Assembly: GCA_021107455.1 (NCBI GenBank)
Contig: JAIOSU010000212.1
Coordinates: 5,123 to 69,122 of the forward strand
Direction: 5' to 3'
DNA: 64,000 nt
DNA from: Clostridiales bacterium
GTDB taxonomy: Bacteria > Bacillota > Clostridia > Peptostreptococcales > Acidaminobacteraceae
Position numbers and translations under genes: made by a program. This document shows, in pieces, positions 19,814-30,036 of the stretch (its first letter is position 1; each line of letters starts with the position of its first letter). Below the pieces are notes generated by a model, which saw nothing but the letters and a program-made list of their open reading frames with translations, had not been told where the DNA came from and ran no database searches.

Positions 19814-21928
19814 TCAATTGACAGAGGATTTGAAGTGCAAGATCCTTACAGAATTCATGACCGCTATGAGTGCTACGCCGACATCTGCGAATATTGCCAT
19901 CCACATAGAGCTCAGTCCAAATAAACCGAGACCCATGATCAGGAATTTTGTTCCGAGTGCAAATACAATGTTCTGAGTGACAATTTGCTTCGTTCTTTTG
20001 GAAATCTGAATTGCATGAACAAGTTTTGATGGTTCATCTGTCATGAGTACCACATCAGATGCTTCAATAGCGGCATCGCTGCCTATTGCACCCATGGATA
20101 TGCCTACAGTGGCACCTGCAAGTACAGGGGCATCGTTGATACCATCGCCAAGGAAAGCTACTTTTGCTCCTGATGAAATCAAAGACATGACCTTATTGTA
20201 CTTATCTTCTGGCAAGAGTTCACTGTAGATTTCTTCGATACCGAGTAATTCACCTACTTCATCTGCTGAAGCTTTGCGGTCTCCCGTCAGCATGACAGTG
20301 TGAATGCCATTTTTTTTCATGGCATCTATTGTCATTTTCGAGTCTGATTTAATTCTATCCCTAATATCAAATGCTCCTAGATACTGGTCATCAATTGCAA
20401 TATAGACAACACTGTAGGCACTTTGAACTACTGGTACCTCAATGTTATGTTCTTCGAGTAGTTTTTGATTTCCCGCGAGTATTCGTCCATACTTGGAAGA
20501 CATACGAATACCGTAACCACTGAGTTCTTCATAGTCGATGATATCACTTTCTGAAATCTCTGTATCACAGTAAGCAACAATGGATTTGGCAATTGGATGA
20601 TTGGAATGGCTTTCAGCTAGCTTGGCGTACTTAATGAGTTCATCTCTTTTGCTTTCTTCTATAGGATGAACTTTGGACACTTCGAAAACACCTTCAGTTA
20701 AAGTACCAGTCTTATCAAACACCACAGTATCAATGTTGTTGAGTGCTTCAAGATAATTGCTGCCTTTGATCAAAATGCCTTGGTGTGAAGCATTGCCAAT
20801 ACCGGAGAAGAATCCAAGCGGTACCGAAACGACCAGTGCGCATGGACATGAGATTACCAGGAAGATCAGACTTCTATAAAGCCATTCATCAAATGTCCCC
20901 ATATTTAAAAGGAATGGGGGAACTGTTGCGATGAACAGAGCTGAAAATACAACAACAGGGGTATAATAACGAGCAAATTTAGTTATGAAATTTTCTGTAG
21001 GAGCTTTATGTGCCGTGGCATTTTCAACGAGATCCAGAATTCTGGCAATGGTGGATTCCGAAAAAATCGCCGTTGTCTCAATCTGAAGCAAACCGTTCTT
21101 TACAACGCTACCGCTGAGCACACGATCTCCGGGAATCACATTGACAGGAACAGATTCACCAGTAAGTGCAGATGTGTCAAGAGCACTGGTTCCGCTTATT
21201 ATTGTGCCGTCCAGTGGTACACGTTCACCGGGTTTGACCAGAAGCACTTCGCCTTTTTCTATGGATTCGGGAGAAACGGTGATCCAAAAACCATCTCGTC
21301 TGACTACAGCCGTATCCGGTCTGATATCCATTAAGGCACCAATGGCATTTTTGGATCTGGCAACAGCGAGATCTTGGAAATATTCCCCGATTTCATAGAA
21401 GATCATTACAGCAACTGCTTCGGGATATTCACCTATTGCTTTCGCACCGAAAGTGGCGATGGACATGAGGAAATTCTCATCAAAGACATCGCCTCTTAGG
21501 ATATTCCTAAAAGATCTCATCAATACCTTATGACCAGAAAGCACATAGGCAATGATCAGTGCTCCAATATGAATATAAGGAAGGCTTTTGAAAATGAGTC
21601 CGATTATAAAAAGGGAGAGTGAGACGCCAAGTCTAATCAATTCTTTGCGATCATGCACATATTTTATGTTTGTGACCGACCTGCCTGAATGCACTTGGCC
21701 AGGAAGTTGAAGCTCCACTTTGACATCGGGTTCAAGCTCGTTGACAATAGTTGTGACTCTACGGATCAACTCGTCCTTTGAACCTTCATGTATTTCAAGT
21801 GTCAGTTTTGATTTTGCGAAATCAAGTACGACATTTTCGATTCCTTCAAGCTGCTTGGATCTCGATTCAATTTTTGCTGCGCAATTGGCGCATCCGAGCC
21901 CATCAAGTGATAAACTGATTTTTTCCAT
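19814..21928 (-). CDS. cadA: Heavy-metal (Cd/Zn/Co-type) translocating P1B-type ATPase
   Basis: N-terminal HMA domain GLGCANCAAKIE, CPC motif (SCPCALVVS), DKTGTLT, GDGINDAP. Confidence 0.9.
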   Translation of the reverse strand: MEKISLSLDGLGCANCAAKIESRSKQLEGIENVVLDFAKSKLTLEIHEGSKDELIRRVTTIVNELEPDVKVELQLPGQVHSGRSVTNIKYVHDRKELIRLGVSLSLFIIGLIFKSLPYIHIGALIIAYVLSGHKVLMRSFRNILRGDVFDENFLMSIATFGAKAIGEYPEAVAVMIFYEIGEYFQDLAVARSKNAIGALMDIRPDTAVVRRDGFWITVSPESIEKGEVLLVKPGERVPLDGTIISGTSALDTSALTGESVPVNVIPGDRVLSGSVVKNGLLQIETTAIFSESTIARILDLVENATAHKAPTENFITKFARYYTPVVVFSALFIATVPPFLLNMGTFDEWLYRSLIFLVISCPCALVVSVPLGFFSGIGNASHQGILIKGSNYLEALNNIDTVVFDKTGTLTEGVFEVSKVHPIEESKRDELIKYAKLAESHSNHPIAKSIVAYCDTEISESDIIDYEELSGYGIRMSSKYGRILAGNQKLLEEHNIEVPVVQSAYSVVYIAIDDQYLGAFDIRDRIKSDSKMTIDAMKKNGIHTVMLTGDRKASADEVGELLGIEEIYSELLPEDKYNKVMSLISSGAKVAFLGDGINDAPVLAGATVGISMGAIGSDAAIEASDVVLMTDEPSKLVHAIQISKRTKQIVTQNIVFALGTKFLIMGLGLFGLSSMWMAIFADVGVALIAVMNSVRILHFKSSVN

Positions 21929-21937
21929 GATTTTCTC

Positions 21938-22294
21938 CTATTTATGTGTGATATGATCTAATCCCTGATTCAAAATGGTCAAGACGTGTTCGTCATCGAG
22001 AGTGTAATATACCACTTTTCCATCTTTGCGATTTTTGACAAGACCGGCTTGTTTCAGAGAACTGAGCTGATGTGAGATTGCTGATTGAGTCATCCCGAGA
22101 ACAGTTGAGATGTCACAGACACACATCTCATCTATAGAAAGCAGATGCAGTATTTTTATACGTGTAGGATCACCGAACACTTTGAAAAGCATTGCGACAT
22201 GCTCTGCACTTCGCTCCTCAATCAGCTCTTTTTTTCCTCGATTCACGGCATCTTCATGAACAATATTACATTGACAAAATTCTGAACTTGACAT
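21938..22294 (-). CDS. ArsR/SmtB-family metalloregulator (CadC-like)
   Basis: FKVFGDPTRIKILHLLSIDEMCVCDISTVLGMTQSAISHQLSSLK. N-terminal Cys pair (CQC). I start it at ATG 22294, preceded by AAGGAGAAG. Confidence 0.8.
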   Translation of the reverse strand: MSSSEFCQCNIVHEDAVNRGKKELIEERSAEHVAMLFKVFGDPTRIKILHLLSIDEMCVCDISTVLGMTQSAISHQLSSLKQAGLVKNRKDGKVVYYTLDDEHVLTILNQGLDHITHK

Positions 22295-22310
22295 TGATCT
22301 TCTCCTTATA

Positions 22311-22332
22311 TGAATATATGAGCAAGTGTTCA
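22311..22332 (-). promoter_or_regulatory. Candidate ArsR/SmtB operator (imperfect 10-2-10 inverted repeat)
   Basis: TGAATATATG-AG-CAAGTGTTCA, 7 of 10 arm positions complementary. Lies between the -10 and the RBS of the cadC-like gene. Confidence 0.4.
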
Positions 22333-22344
22333 TTTGTTAATTTT

Positions 22345-22373
22345 ATTATAATCCGCCCCAATTGACATGTCAA
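22345..22373 (-). promoter_or_regulatory. Sigma-A type promoter of the cadC-like/cadA operon
   Basis: Minus strand reads TTGACA-17 nt-TATAAT. The -35 sits in the palindrome ATTGACATGTCAAT (22361-22374). Confidence 0.65.
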
Positions 22374-22402
22374 TAAAAAAAACCTATCCAAATGGACAGG
22401 TT
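22374..22402 (-). terminator. Intrinsic terminator after the MarR gene
   Basis: Minus strand: AACCTGTCC-attt-GGATAGGTT followed by a T-run. Confidence 0.6.
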
Positions 22403-22423
22403 TCAGATTACTTCATGATTCAA

Positions 22424-22906
22424 TTAGTTACGTCTAGTAGATGCAGGTTTAAGTGTTTCGTTTATAACGTTGTTGAGATCCGAGATGGATTGGTTTAGTC
22501 TCTCCAAACTTTTCACATCAAGATCCACCAATTGTTGACCCATGTCATCTGTAAAGTTGATAAGTGTCGATTCGACGATGGAACGACCCTTTTCAGTAAG
22601 TGAGATATAATAAATGCGTTTGTCATCAAGGTCGATCTGTTTCTTAATATAGCCATCTTCGATTGCAGTCTTCACGTATCTGCTGCAGTTTGGTAAAGAA
22701 ATATTCAATAGTTCGGATACTTCCGTGATCATCAATTTTTCATGACGGTATACCGTGTGCAACAATCTAAACTCAAGTTTGCTGACCGCTTGATTTTGAT
22801 TTTTCATAAAACTAGTCTGGATAACCTCTTCATAAAAATCATTGAAAATCATCACTTGTTTTATAATGCTCTTTATCTTATTGTTGTTGTCTTTCATGAT
22901 CATCAC
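22424..22906 (-). CDS. MarR-family transcriptional regulator
   Basis: Winged-helix region LMITEVSELLNISLPNCSRYVKTAIEDGYIKKQIDLDDKRIYYISLTEKG. Confidence 0.75.
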   Translation of the reverse strand: MMIMKDNNNKIKSIIKQVMIFNDFYEEVIQTSFMKNQNQAVSKLEFRLLHTVYRHEKLMITEVSELLNISLPNCSRYVKTAIEDGYIKKQIDLDDKRIYYISLTEKGRSIVESTLINFTDDMGQQLVDLDVKSLERLNQSISDLNNVINETLKPASTRRN

Positions 22907-22995
22907 GCTCCTATGATAATTATAAAATGAGAGGTATATAAATGCAAGTAATCTTTGAAGATTGTTATCAAATTGTCACATCGAAATTACCGATA

Positions 22996-24264
22996 TCACT
23001 TTCTGATTTGTCCATCACCATAGATTACATATTTTGAAGAGGTGAGGGCTCGGAGTCCCATAGGACCTCTGGCGTGCAATTTCTGTGTGCTGATTCCTAT
23101 TTCTGCACCGAAACCAAACTGGCTTCCATCTGTGAATCTTGTGGAGGCATTGACATAGACAGCGGAACTATCCACAGCTGCAAGAAACATTCTGGCATGT
23201 TCATAATTATGTGTCAATATCGCTTCTGAGTGCCCGGTACTGTATTCATCGATATGGTTCAGCGCATCTTCAAGCGTATCCACGATACGAACAGCGAGTT
23301 TGAAATCAAGGTATTCCGTGCTCCAATCCAAATCGGTTGCGAGATTTACCGAAGCGGGGATATCATCTAAAAGATCAAGTGCGTTTTGACAGAGAAATAG
23401 CGACACTTTTTGCTCGGTCAGGTGCTTGACCAATTCGGGTACTAATGCCTTTGATGCATTCTTTTGAATCAGAACAGTTTCAACGGCATTGCATGCACCT
23501 GGTCTTTGAACCTTGGCATTGGTGATGATTTCAAGCGCCGCATCAATTTCATAGCCTTCATCCACATAAATGTGACAATTGCCTGCACCGGTTTCAATCA
23601 CAGGTACTTTGGCATTTTCGACCACGAACTTGATCAGTCCTGCACCACCTCTTGGTATGATACAGTCCACATACTTTGTAGCCTCAAGCAATTCTTTTAC
23701 AAGATTCCTATCTGTGGATTCCACTAGTTGGACACATCCATCAGGAAGTTCTTGATCGATTAGTGCTTCTTTTACAGAGGCCATGATAGCTTGATTGGTT
23801 AAAAGCGCATCTGAACCACCTTTTAGAATCACTGCATTTCCTGTTTTAAGGCACAGTGCCGCAGCATCAATAGTGACATTGGGACGTGATTCATATATGA
23901 TGCCTATGACTCCTAGAGGAACTCGTTTTGATCCGATTTCAAGTCCATCCTGGTTGATGTGCATGCTGTCGATTTCTCCTACTGGGTCATCAAGCTCCAT
24001 GACTTGTTTCAGACCCGTCACCATGTCACCGAATTTTTTCTCATTCAATTCGAGCCGTTCGAGCAAAGCATCCTTGAGGCCCGCTGCGCGTGCTGCGTCG
24101 AGGTCCAGCTGATTGGCTGCAAGAATGGAAGATTTATGTTTTTCAAGCGTTACCGCCATTACTCCGAGAAGTTTGTTTTTTTGCACGCTCTCAAGCATTC
24201 TGAGTTTCCGTGATGCGATTTTTGCGTTTTGACCCATTTGATCAATTCCAATAAAAGTTTCCAT
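22996..24264 (-). CDS. proA: Gamma-glutamyl phosphate reductase
   Basis: RVPLGVIGIIYESRPNVT...NAVILKGG...CNAVETVLI...HSEAI. Confidence 0.9.
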   Translation of the reverse strand: METFIGIDQMGQNAKIASRKLRMLESVQKNKLLGVMAVTLEKHKSSILAANQLDLDAARAAGLKDALLERLELNEKKFGDMVTGLKQVMELDDPVGEIDSMHINQDGLEIGSKRVPLGVIGIIYESRPNVTIDAAALCLKTGNAVILKGGSDALLTNQAIMASVKEALIDQELPDGCVQLVESTDRNLVKELLEATKYVDCIIPRGGAGLIKFVVENAKVPVIETGAGNCHIYVDEGYEIDAALEIITNAKVQRPGACNAVETVLIQKNASKALVPELVKHLTEQKVSLFLCQNALDLLDDIPASVNLATDLDWSTEYLDFKLAVRIVDTLEDALNHIDEYSTGHSEAILTHNYEHARMFLAAVDSSAVYVNASTRFTDGSQFGFGAEIGISTQKLHARGPMGLRALTSSKYVIYGDGQIRK

Positions 24265-24275
24265 TTCATCCTCCC

Positions 24276-25079
24276 TTAAGATGATTTATTCCTACCTGAA
24301 AATCTAAATAATGTTCCATGAGCTTTGCCTGTGAATACGAGGTTGAGTATGTTTTCAGTCTGGCTGTTGACAATCAGAAGGTCTTTGTGTGCCCCTGAGA
24401 GCAATCTTGCTGCACCTAATTTTGTTTGCATGCCTCCTGTACCGACTTCACTTCCTGAGCCTCCAGCTGAAATCTGGTCCATAGCCTTAATGGACTCGAT
24501 AAGTGGAATCATTACAGCATCCGGATTGGATCTTGGGTCTTTATCGTAGACACCATCTATGTCAGAAAGGATGATCAGCATCTCGTAATCCATCATGGAA
24601 CATACTTCCGCAGAGAGTGTATCGTTGTCTCCGACCTTGATCTCATCAATTGCAACGACATCGTTTTCATTGACAATAGGAACAATCCCATGCTTTATGA
24701 GCGTTGAGAGTGCATTGATACTGTGTTGACGTCTGGAAGGGTTGTCCATGTCTTCTTTGGTAAGCAACACCTGAGCCACTGTAATGCCATATTCCGAAAA
24801 AAACTTTTCATACATATGCATGAGTGTGCTTTGTCCTACTGCTGCAGCAGCTTGCTTTTCAGGGATTTCCTTGGGTCTGCTCTCAAATTTCATTTTTCCC
24901 ATACCAGCTGCAATGGCACCAGATGAGACAACGATAACAGAGAGTCCTTTATTATATAAATTGGCGATTTGCTTGACGAGTTGTTCCATTTTCCACAAAT
25001 CGATCAGACCGCTGTCGTGCGTTAATGATGAAGAGCCGATTTTGATGACGATTTTTTCATATTCCGTTAAAGAATGCAC
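24276..25079 (-). CDS. proB: Glutamate 5-kinase (short form without a PUA domain)
   Basis: IVIKIGSSSLT...VVSSGAIAAG...PIVNENDVVA...GDNDTLSA...GTGGMQTKL. Confidence 0.9.
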   Translation of the reverse strand: MHSLTEYEKIVIKIGSSSLTHDSGLIDLWKMEQLVKQIANLYNKGLSVIVVSSGAIAAGMGKMKFESRPKEIPEKQAAAAVGQSTLMHMYEKFFSEYGITVAQVLLTKEDMDNPSRRQHSINALSTLIKHGIVPIVNENDVVAIDEIKVGDNDTLSAEVCSMMDYEMLIILSDIDGVYDKDPRSNPDAVMIPLIESIKAMDQISAGGSGSEVGTGGMQTKLGAARLLSGAHKDLLIVNSQTENILNLVFTGKAHGTLFRFSGRNKSS

Positions 25080-25125
25080 TGTAAAGCCTCCTATATCAAT
25101 CTATTTCGAAACAGTATATCATAAA

Positions 25126-25168
25126 AATAAAAAAAAGGCATCTGGTTTATGAATCACCAATGCCTTTT
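25126..25168 (-). terminator. Intrinsic terminator after fabZ
   Basis: AAGGCAT...ATGCCTT hairpin; on the minus strand it is followed by a T-run. Confidence 0.65.
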
Positions 25169-25181
25169 GAGAAGGAAGAAT

Positions 25182-25607
25182 TTATCCAATCATAAATGAA
25201 AGTTCGGCTTCGCAGACAACAGCGCCGTCAACTTTAGCGACAGCCTTGCCGACTCCGAAATTCGCTCTGGATTTGATCATTTCAATCTCTAGAACCAATG
25301 AATCACCAGGAATAACTTTCTTTCTGAATTTGCAATTATTGATGCCTGCAAAGTAGGCTATTTTTCCAATGTTTTCGGGCTTCTTCAGGAGAAGTACGGC
25401 TCCGACCTGAGCAAGTGCCTCTACTATGAGCACTCCTGGCATGACGTGTTCTTGTGGAAAATGTCCTTGGAAGAAATATTCGTTGACAGTGACGTTTTTA
25501 ATTCCAGTTGCCCGCACACCTTCTTCAATTTCGGTGATTCTATCCACTAAAATAAAGGGGTATCGGTGTGGTATGATTTCTTGGATTTGATTGCTGTTAA
25601 GTAGCAT
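25182..25607 (-). CDS. fabZ: 3-hydroxyacyl-ACP dehydratase
   Basis: [17 protein letters not shown]...[23 protein letters not shown]. Confidence 0.92.
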   Translation of the reverse strand: MLLNSNQIQEIIPHRYPFILVDRITEIEEGVRATGIKNVTVNEYFFQGHFPQEHVMPGVLIVEALAQVGAVLLLKKPENIGKIAYFAGINNCKFRKKVIPGDSLVLEIEMIKSRANFGVGKAVAKVDGAVVCEAELSFMIG

Positions 25608-25616
25608 ATTGGACTC

Positions 25617-26870
25617 CTAGCCTTTGTATTTTGCAAAAATGAGTGTCGCATTATGACCACCGAATCCAAGAGAATTCGTCAGAGCATAATCAACGGTTTG
25701 ATTTCTACCGGTTTTTGGAACATAATCCAGATCGCATAAAGGATCGTTATCTTCGAGATTGATGGTAGCAGGTATAAAGTCATTTTCAACGGCAAGTGAA
25801 CATACTGCTGATTCAATTCCGCCTGCTGCTCCAAGTAGGTGACCAGTCATGGATTTAGTAGAGGATACCGGAATTTTATAGGCATGTTCTCCAAATGTCG
25901 CCTTGATGGCGGCAGTTTCAAAAATGTCGTTATAAGGTGTGCTTGTTCCATGGGCATTGATGTAGTGGATGTCTTCATTTGTAATTCCTGCGTCTTTGAT
26001 GGCCATTTTCATAGCTCTTGCTCCACCTTCGCCACCTGGTGCAGGGGTAGTGATATGATGAGAATCACTCGTTGAACCATAACCAACCAGTTCAGCATAG
26101 ATGTGTGCGCCTCTATTTAAAGCGTGTTCCAGCTTTTCGAGAACCAGCATTGCTGCACCTTCTGCCATTACGAATCCACTGCGGTCCTTATCAAACGGTA
26201 TGGATGCACGGTTTGGGTCATGAGACTCACAAAGAGCGGTCATAGCTTGGAAACCACCAACTCCAAGTGCTGAAATGGATGCTTCAGTACCACCTGCGAT
26301 CATTACATCGTGATTGCCATATCTAAGTTCTTTGAGAGCCTCGCCTATAGCACTAGCGCTTGATGCGCAAGCCGTGTTGTATGTCAAGCATGAACCTTTG
26401 ACACCTAATTCGATGGAGACGTTGCCGGCAGCCATATTGGATATGGACATAGGGATGAAGAACGGAGAGATTCTATCCGCTCCTTTTGAGAACAATTTTC
26501 CAGCAGAATCTTCAATAGTAATCAGTCCACCGATTCCACACCCCATATAAATACCAACGTTTTCTGCATTATCATCATTTATAGTCAGATTTGCATCTTC
26601 GATTGCGAGTTTTGAAGCTCCTATAGCGAACTGGGTGAACCTGTCCATACGTTTGGCTTCTTTTTTGTTTACAAATACAGTCGGATCGAAATCTTTGACT
26701 TCACCAGCCACTTTGACCTTGAAATTTTCGGTATCGAATGATTCGATCATACCGATTCCACATTTGCCTTCCTTGATGCCTGTCCAAAACGCATCTTTTC
26801 CTGTTCCAATAGGAGATATGATTCCAAGTCCTGTTACAACTACTCTATTTTTCACGTAAAATTCCTCCAT
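25617..26870 (-). CDS. fabF: 3-oxoacyl-ACP synthase II
   Basis: RVVVTGLG...NTACASSASAIG (active-site Cys)...HGTSTP...GHLLGAAG...NSLGFGGHN. Confidence 0.92.
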   Translation of the reverse strand: MEEFYVKNRVVVTGLGIISPIGTGKDAFWTGIKEGKCGIGMIESFDTENFKVKVAGEVKDFDPTVFVNKKEAKRMDRFTQFAIGASKLAIEDANLTINDDNAENVGIYMGCGIGGLITIEDSAGKLFSKGADRISPFFIPMSISNMAAGNVSIELGVKGSCLTYNTACASSASAIGEALKELRYGNHDVMIAGGTEASISALGVGGFQAMTALCESHDPNRASIPFDKDRSGFVMAEGAAMLVLEKLEHALNRGAHIYAELVGYGSTSDSHHITTPAPGGEGGARAMKMAIKDAGITNEDIHYINAHGTSTPYNDIFETAAIKATFGEHAYKIPVSSTKSMTGHLLGAAGGIESAVCSLAVENDFIPATINLEDNDPLCDLDYVPKTGRNQTVDYALTNSLGFGGHNATLIFAKYKG

Positions 26871-26887
26871 TAATCATCTTATGAATT

Positions 26888-27610
26888 TTAGATGGCCATT
26901 CCGCCATCGACTTTTATGACTTGACCTGTGATATAAGCGGCTTTGTCCGATGCGAGAAATGCAACGACATTCGCTACGTCCTCTGGTGTTCCGAACGTGC
27001 CGAGAGGAATCTTTGAAAGTGCGGCAGATTTTGCTTCATCACTGATTGCATCGGTCATTTTAGTTTTGATGAATCCAGGAGCGATGGCATTTACTGTAAT
27101 TCCTCTTGGTGCAAGCTCACGAGCCACTGATTTGGTGAACCCTATGACACCAGCTTTTGATGCCGCATAATTGGCTTGACCGATGTTCCCTGTGATGCCA
27201 ACGACAGAAGCTATGTTGACTATTCGACCGAATCTTTGTTTCATCATGATTCGGGCAATATGCTTTGTACAGTTGAATGTGCCTTTAAGATTTGTGTTTG
27301 ATACAGAGTCAAATTCTTCTTCTGTCATTTTGATGAGCAGGTTGTCACGTGTGATGCCAGCATTGTTCACGAGTAGATCAATCTGACCGAAGGTATCTTT
27401 TGTGATTTTAATGATTCTTTCGGCATCGGCATAATCACTGACATCGCCTTGAACCAGCAATACTTTTGTTTTTAGGGTTTGAACAAACTGCTCCAGTTCG
27501 TCTTTATTGCTTCTATAATTGAGCACAAGATTGTAGCCTTCGTTCGCAAGAACTTCTGCGATTGAGCGTCCAATTCCTCTGCCCGCGCCTGTTACTATGG
27601 CAACTTTCAT
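26888..27610 (-). CDS. fabG: 3-oxoacyl-ACP reductase
   Basis: SDR motifs VTGAGRGIGR, NNAGI, YAASKAG. Cluster context. Confidence 0.9.
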   Translation of the reverse strand: MKVAIVTGAGRGIGRSIAEVLANEGYNLVLNYRSNKDELEQFVQTLKTKVLLVQGDVSDYADAERIIKITKDTFGQIDLLVNNAGITRDNLLIKMTEEEFDSVSNTNLKGTFNCTKHIARIMMKQRFGRIVNIASVVGITGNIGQANYAASKAGVIGFTKSVARELAPRGITVNAIAPGFIKTKMTDAISDEAKSAALSKIPLGTFGTPEDVANVVAFLASDKAAYITGQVIKVDGGMAI

Positions 27611-27624
27611 TTTTCACCTCATAA

Positions 27625-28584
27625 TTAGATAGCTTTGTGAAGATCGGATTGATCTTTGATATACGAAATAGCATCGTGGAATGATTCCAAATTGTGAATG
27701 GAAAGCACTTTGATAGAACGGTCGATTTTTGCAACGAATGAAGAAAGCGCGTTACCAGGACCGAACTCGACAAGGGTATCAATTCCCATCATTTTCATGG
27801 ATTTGATGCAATCCACCCATTGAACCGCCGATGTTACTTGTTTTGCAAGATAATGTTTGATTCTTTCTTCTGAAGAGACAATTCTGCCATCCACATTTGA
27901 GATTACAGGAGTGCTCATCTTTTCAAATGATACTGTTTCAAGCACTTCGGCGAGTTCGGTTTCAGCTCTTGACAGCATCGAAGTATGAAACGGTGCACTG
28001 ACCGCAAGAGGTACAACTCGCTTGGCACCTTTTGCCTTTGCGATTTCACCAGCTTTTTCAAGTGCTGCCAGCTCGCCACCGAGGACGATCTGCTGTGTGG
28101 AATTATAATTGCAGACTTCGACAATTCCATATTCAGAAGCCTCTGCTACAATTTCTTCCACGGTTTCAGGTGTGACGCCTGTAAGAGCCGTCATGCCACC
28201 AACACCAAGTGGAACTGCATTTTGCATAAATGCGCCTCTTTTTTTGACGAGTTGTACAGCATCTTCAAATTGTAACGATCCAGAGGAGACATGTGCTGAA
28301 TATTCACCTAATGAAAGACCAGCTACTGCGGATGGCACCATATCGATTTTAGTTTCAAAAGCCTTCAAAATGGCAATGGAAGTAGTCAAAATTGCAGGTT
28401 GTGTGATTTCCGTCTTGTTGAGTTCCTCTTGTGAACCATGAAAACAAAGTGATTTCAAATCATAACCGAGTGCGAGATTTGCACGGTCGTAAACGACGCG
28501 GGATGCTTCGAAATTATCGTAGAATTCTTTGCCCATTCCAGATTTCTGAGCGCCTTGTCCTGCGAAAATGTATCCTATTTTCAT
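27625..28584 (-). CDS. fabD: Malonyl CoA-ACP transacylase
   Basis: FAGQGAQKSGMG...GLSLGEYSA...APFHTS. Confidence 0.9.
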   Translation of the reverse strand: MKIGYIFAGQGAQKSGMGKEFYDNFEASRVVYDRANLALGYDLKSLCFHGSQEELNKTEITQPAILTTSIAILKAFETKIDMVPSAVAGLSLGEYSAHVSSGSLQFEDAVQLVKKRGAFMQNAVPLGVGGMTALTGVTPETVEEIVAEASEYGIVEVCNYNSTQQIVLGGELAALEKAGEIAKAKGAKRVVPLAVSAPFHTSMLSRAETELAEVLETVSFEKMSTPVISNVDGRIVSSEERIKHYLAKQVTSAVQWVDCIKSMKMMGIDTLVEFGPGNALSSFVAKIDRSIKVLSIHNLESFHDAISYIKDQSDLHKAI

Positions 28585-28601
28585 AATGTCCTCCTATTTA
28601 A

Positions 28602-29552
28602 TTATCTACCTGCGATCCACTTGAATTTTTCAAGTATGGTGGTCTCACATTCAGATACGATTTCTTCAATGATTTCTGCAGATGTTTGTTCTTTTTTGAT
28701 CAGACCAGCAATTTGGCCGGCCATGACAGATCCAAAGGAGACATCTCCTTCAATAACTGCCTTTCTTAGACTGCCAGCTCCAAGCGCTTCAATTTCTTCA
28801 ATGGACGCACCGTTTTTTTCAAGATCTGAGTATTTTCTGAATAGTTTATTTTTGATGATTCTCACCGGGTGTCCTGTGGAACGTCCAGTCACTGCCGTTG
28901 AAGTGTCTTTGGCATCGAGAATCAAATCTTTGTAAGCTTGATGAACATTACATTCCTTGGCGACAAGGAAGCGCGTTCCGATTTGAAGGCCTTTAGCTCC
29001 CAGCATGAGTACTGCTGCCGCACCACGCCCATCACCGATGCCGCCAGCTGCGATAACTGGAATTTTTAGGGCATCGACTACTTGAGGGACTAAAGACATG
29101 GTAGTGAGTTCTCCAACGTGCCCTCCGGCTTCTGTACCCTCGGCGATGACTGCATCAACACCAAGACCCTCCATACGTCGGGCTAGTGCGACCGAAGGCA
29201 CAACTGGAATAATCTTTATGTTTGCAGCCTTGAGACGCTCAATGTATTTTCCAGGACTACCGGCACCAGTAATGACAATAGGCACCTTTTTTTCTATGGC
29301 CAAATCAATGATATCATCAGCAAATGGACTGAGCAACATGACGTTGAGGCCATAGGGACGGTTTGTCAGCGACTTCATTTTATCTATTTGTTCCGCCACG
29401 ATATGTTTTTCGGCGTTGCCGCCCGCTATTACTCCAAGTCCGCCTGCATTCGATACCGAAGCTGCAAGTTCGGCATCTGAAATCCATGCCATACCGCCTT
29501 GAATGATCGGGTAATCGATGGACAACATTTCACACAGTAGTGTTTTCATCAT
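28602..29552 (-). CDS. fabK: Enoyl-ACP reductase II (FMN-dependent, nitronate monooxygenase fold)
   Basis: YPIIQGGMAWISDAELAASVSNAGGLGVI...GTEAGGHVG. Sits between acpP and fabD, as in streptococcal and clostridial fab clusters. Confidence 0.85.
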   Translation of the reverse strand: MMKTLLCEMLSIDYPIIQGGMAWISDAELAASVSNAGGLGVIAGGNAEKHIVAEQIDKMKSLTNRPYGLNVMLLSPFADDIIDLAIEKKVPIVITGAGSPGKYIERLKAANIKIIPVVPSVALARRMEGLGVDAVIAEGTEAGGHVGELTTMSLVPQVVDALKIPVIAAGGIGDGRGAAAVLMLGAKGLQIGTRFLVAKECNVHQAYKDLILDAKDTSTAVTGRSTGHPVRIIKNKLFRKYSDLEKNGASIEEIEALGAGSLRKAVIEGDVSFGSVMAGQIAGLIKKEQTSAEIIEEIVSECETTILEKFKWIAGR

Positions 29553-29598
29553 AAAGCCTCCAAAGTTTATAAAAAGTTTATTTTATTTATTATGAAAG

Positions 29599-29626
29599 AA
29601 AATCCAAGGTGTATTCCATGGATTTT
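29599..29626 (-). terminator. Possible partial terminator/attenuator hairpin between acpP and fabK
   Basis: AAAATCCAAGG...CCATGGATTTT hairpin; only a weak T-tract follows on the minus strand. Confidence 0.3.
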
Positions 29627-29642
29627 GAGGGTGTTCATTTTA

Positions 29643-29867
29643 TTATTCTTTTTCGATGTAACTTACAATATCGCCAACTGTTTTAATGGAAGCAGTGTCA
29701 CTTTCCTCAACTTTGATATCAAATGCATCTTCAATAGACATAATCAAATCGACCATATCAAGCGAATCTGCTCCAAGGTCTTCACGAATGTTGCTTTCAA
29801 GTGTCACTTCATTTTCATCTAAGTCCAACTCTTCTACTAAAAGTGCTTTTACTTTTTCAAAACTCAT
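29643..29867 (-). CDS. acpP: Acyl carrier protein
   Basis: LGADSLDMVDLIMSIEDAF (phosphopantetheine Ser in DSL). Confidence 0.92.
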   Translation of the reverse strand: MSFEKVKALLVEELDLDENEVTLESNIREDLGADSLDMVDLIMSIEDAFDIKVEESDTASIKTVGDIVSYIEKE

Positions 29868-30036
29868 TTTTATTCCTCCTAAAATCTTTAAACGTCATTA
29901 GAACAATCAAAGTATAAGATAATAAAAATGATGAATCAAGGGCTTTTATAAATTGTTTATAATTGAGTATAAAAAGTTAATAGGTTCATGATAGAATGGA
30001 ATAAGGATATTTAAAACACATTTATAAGGAGGAAAC

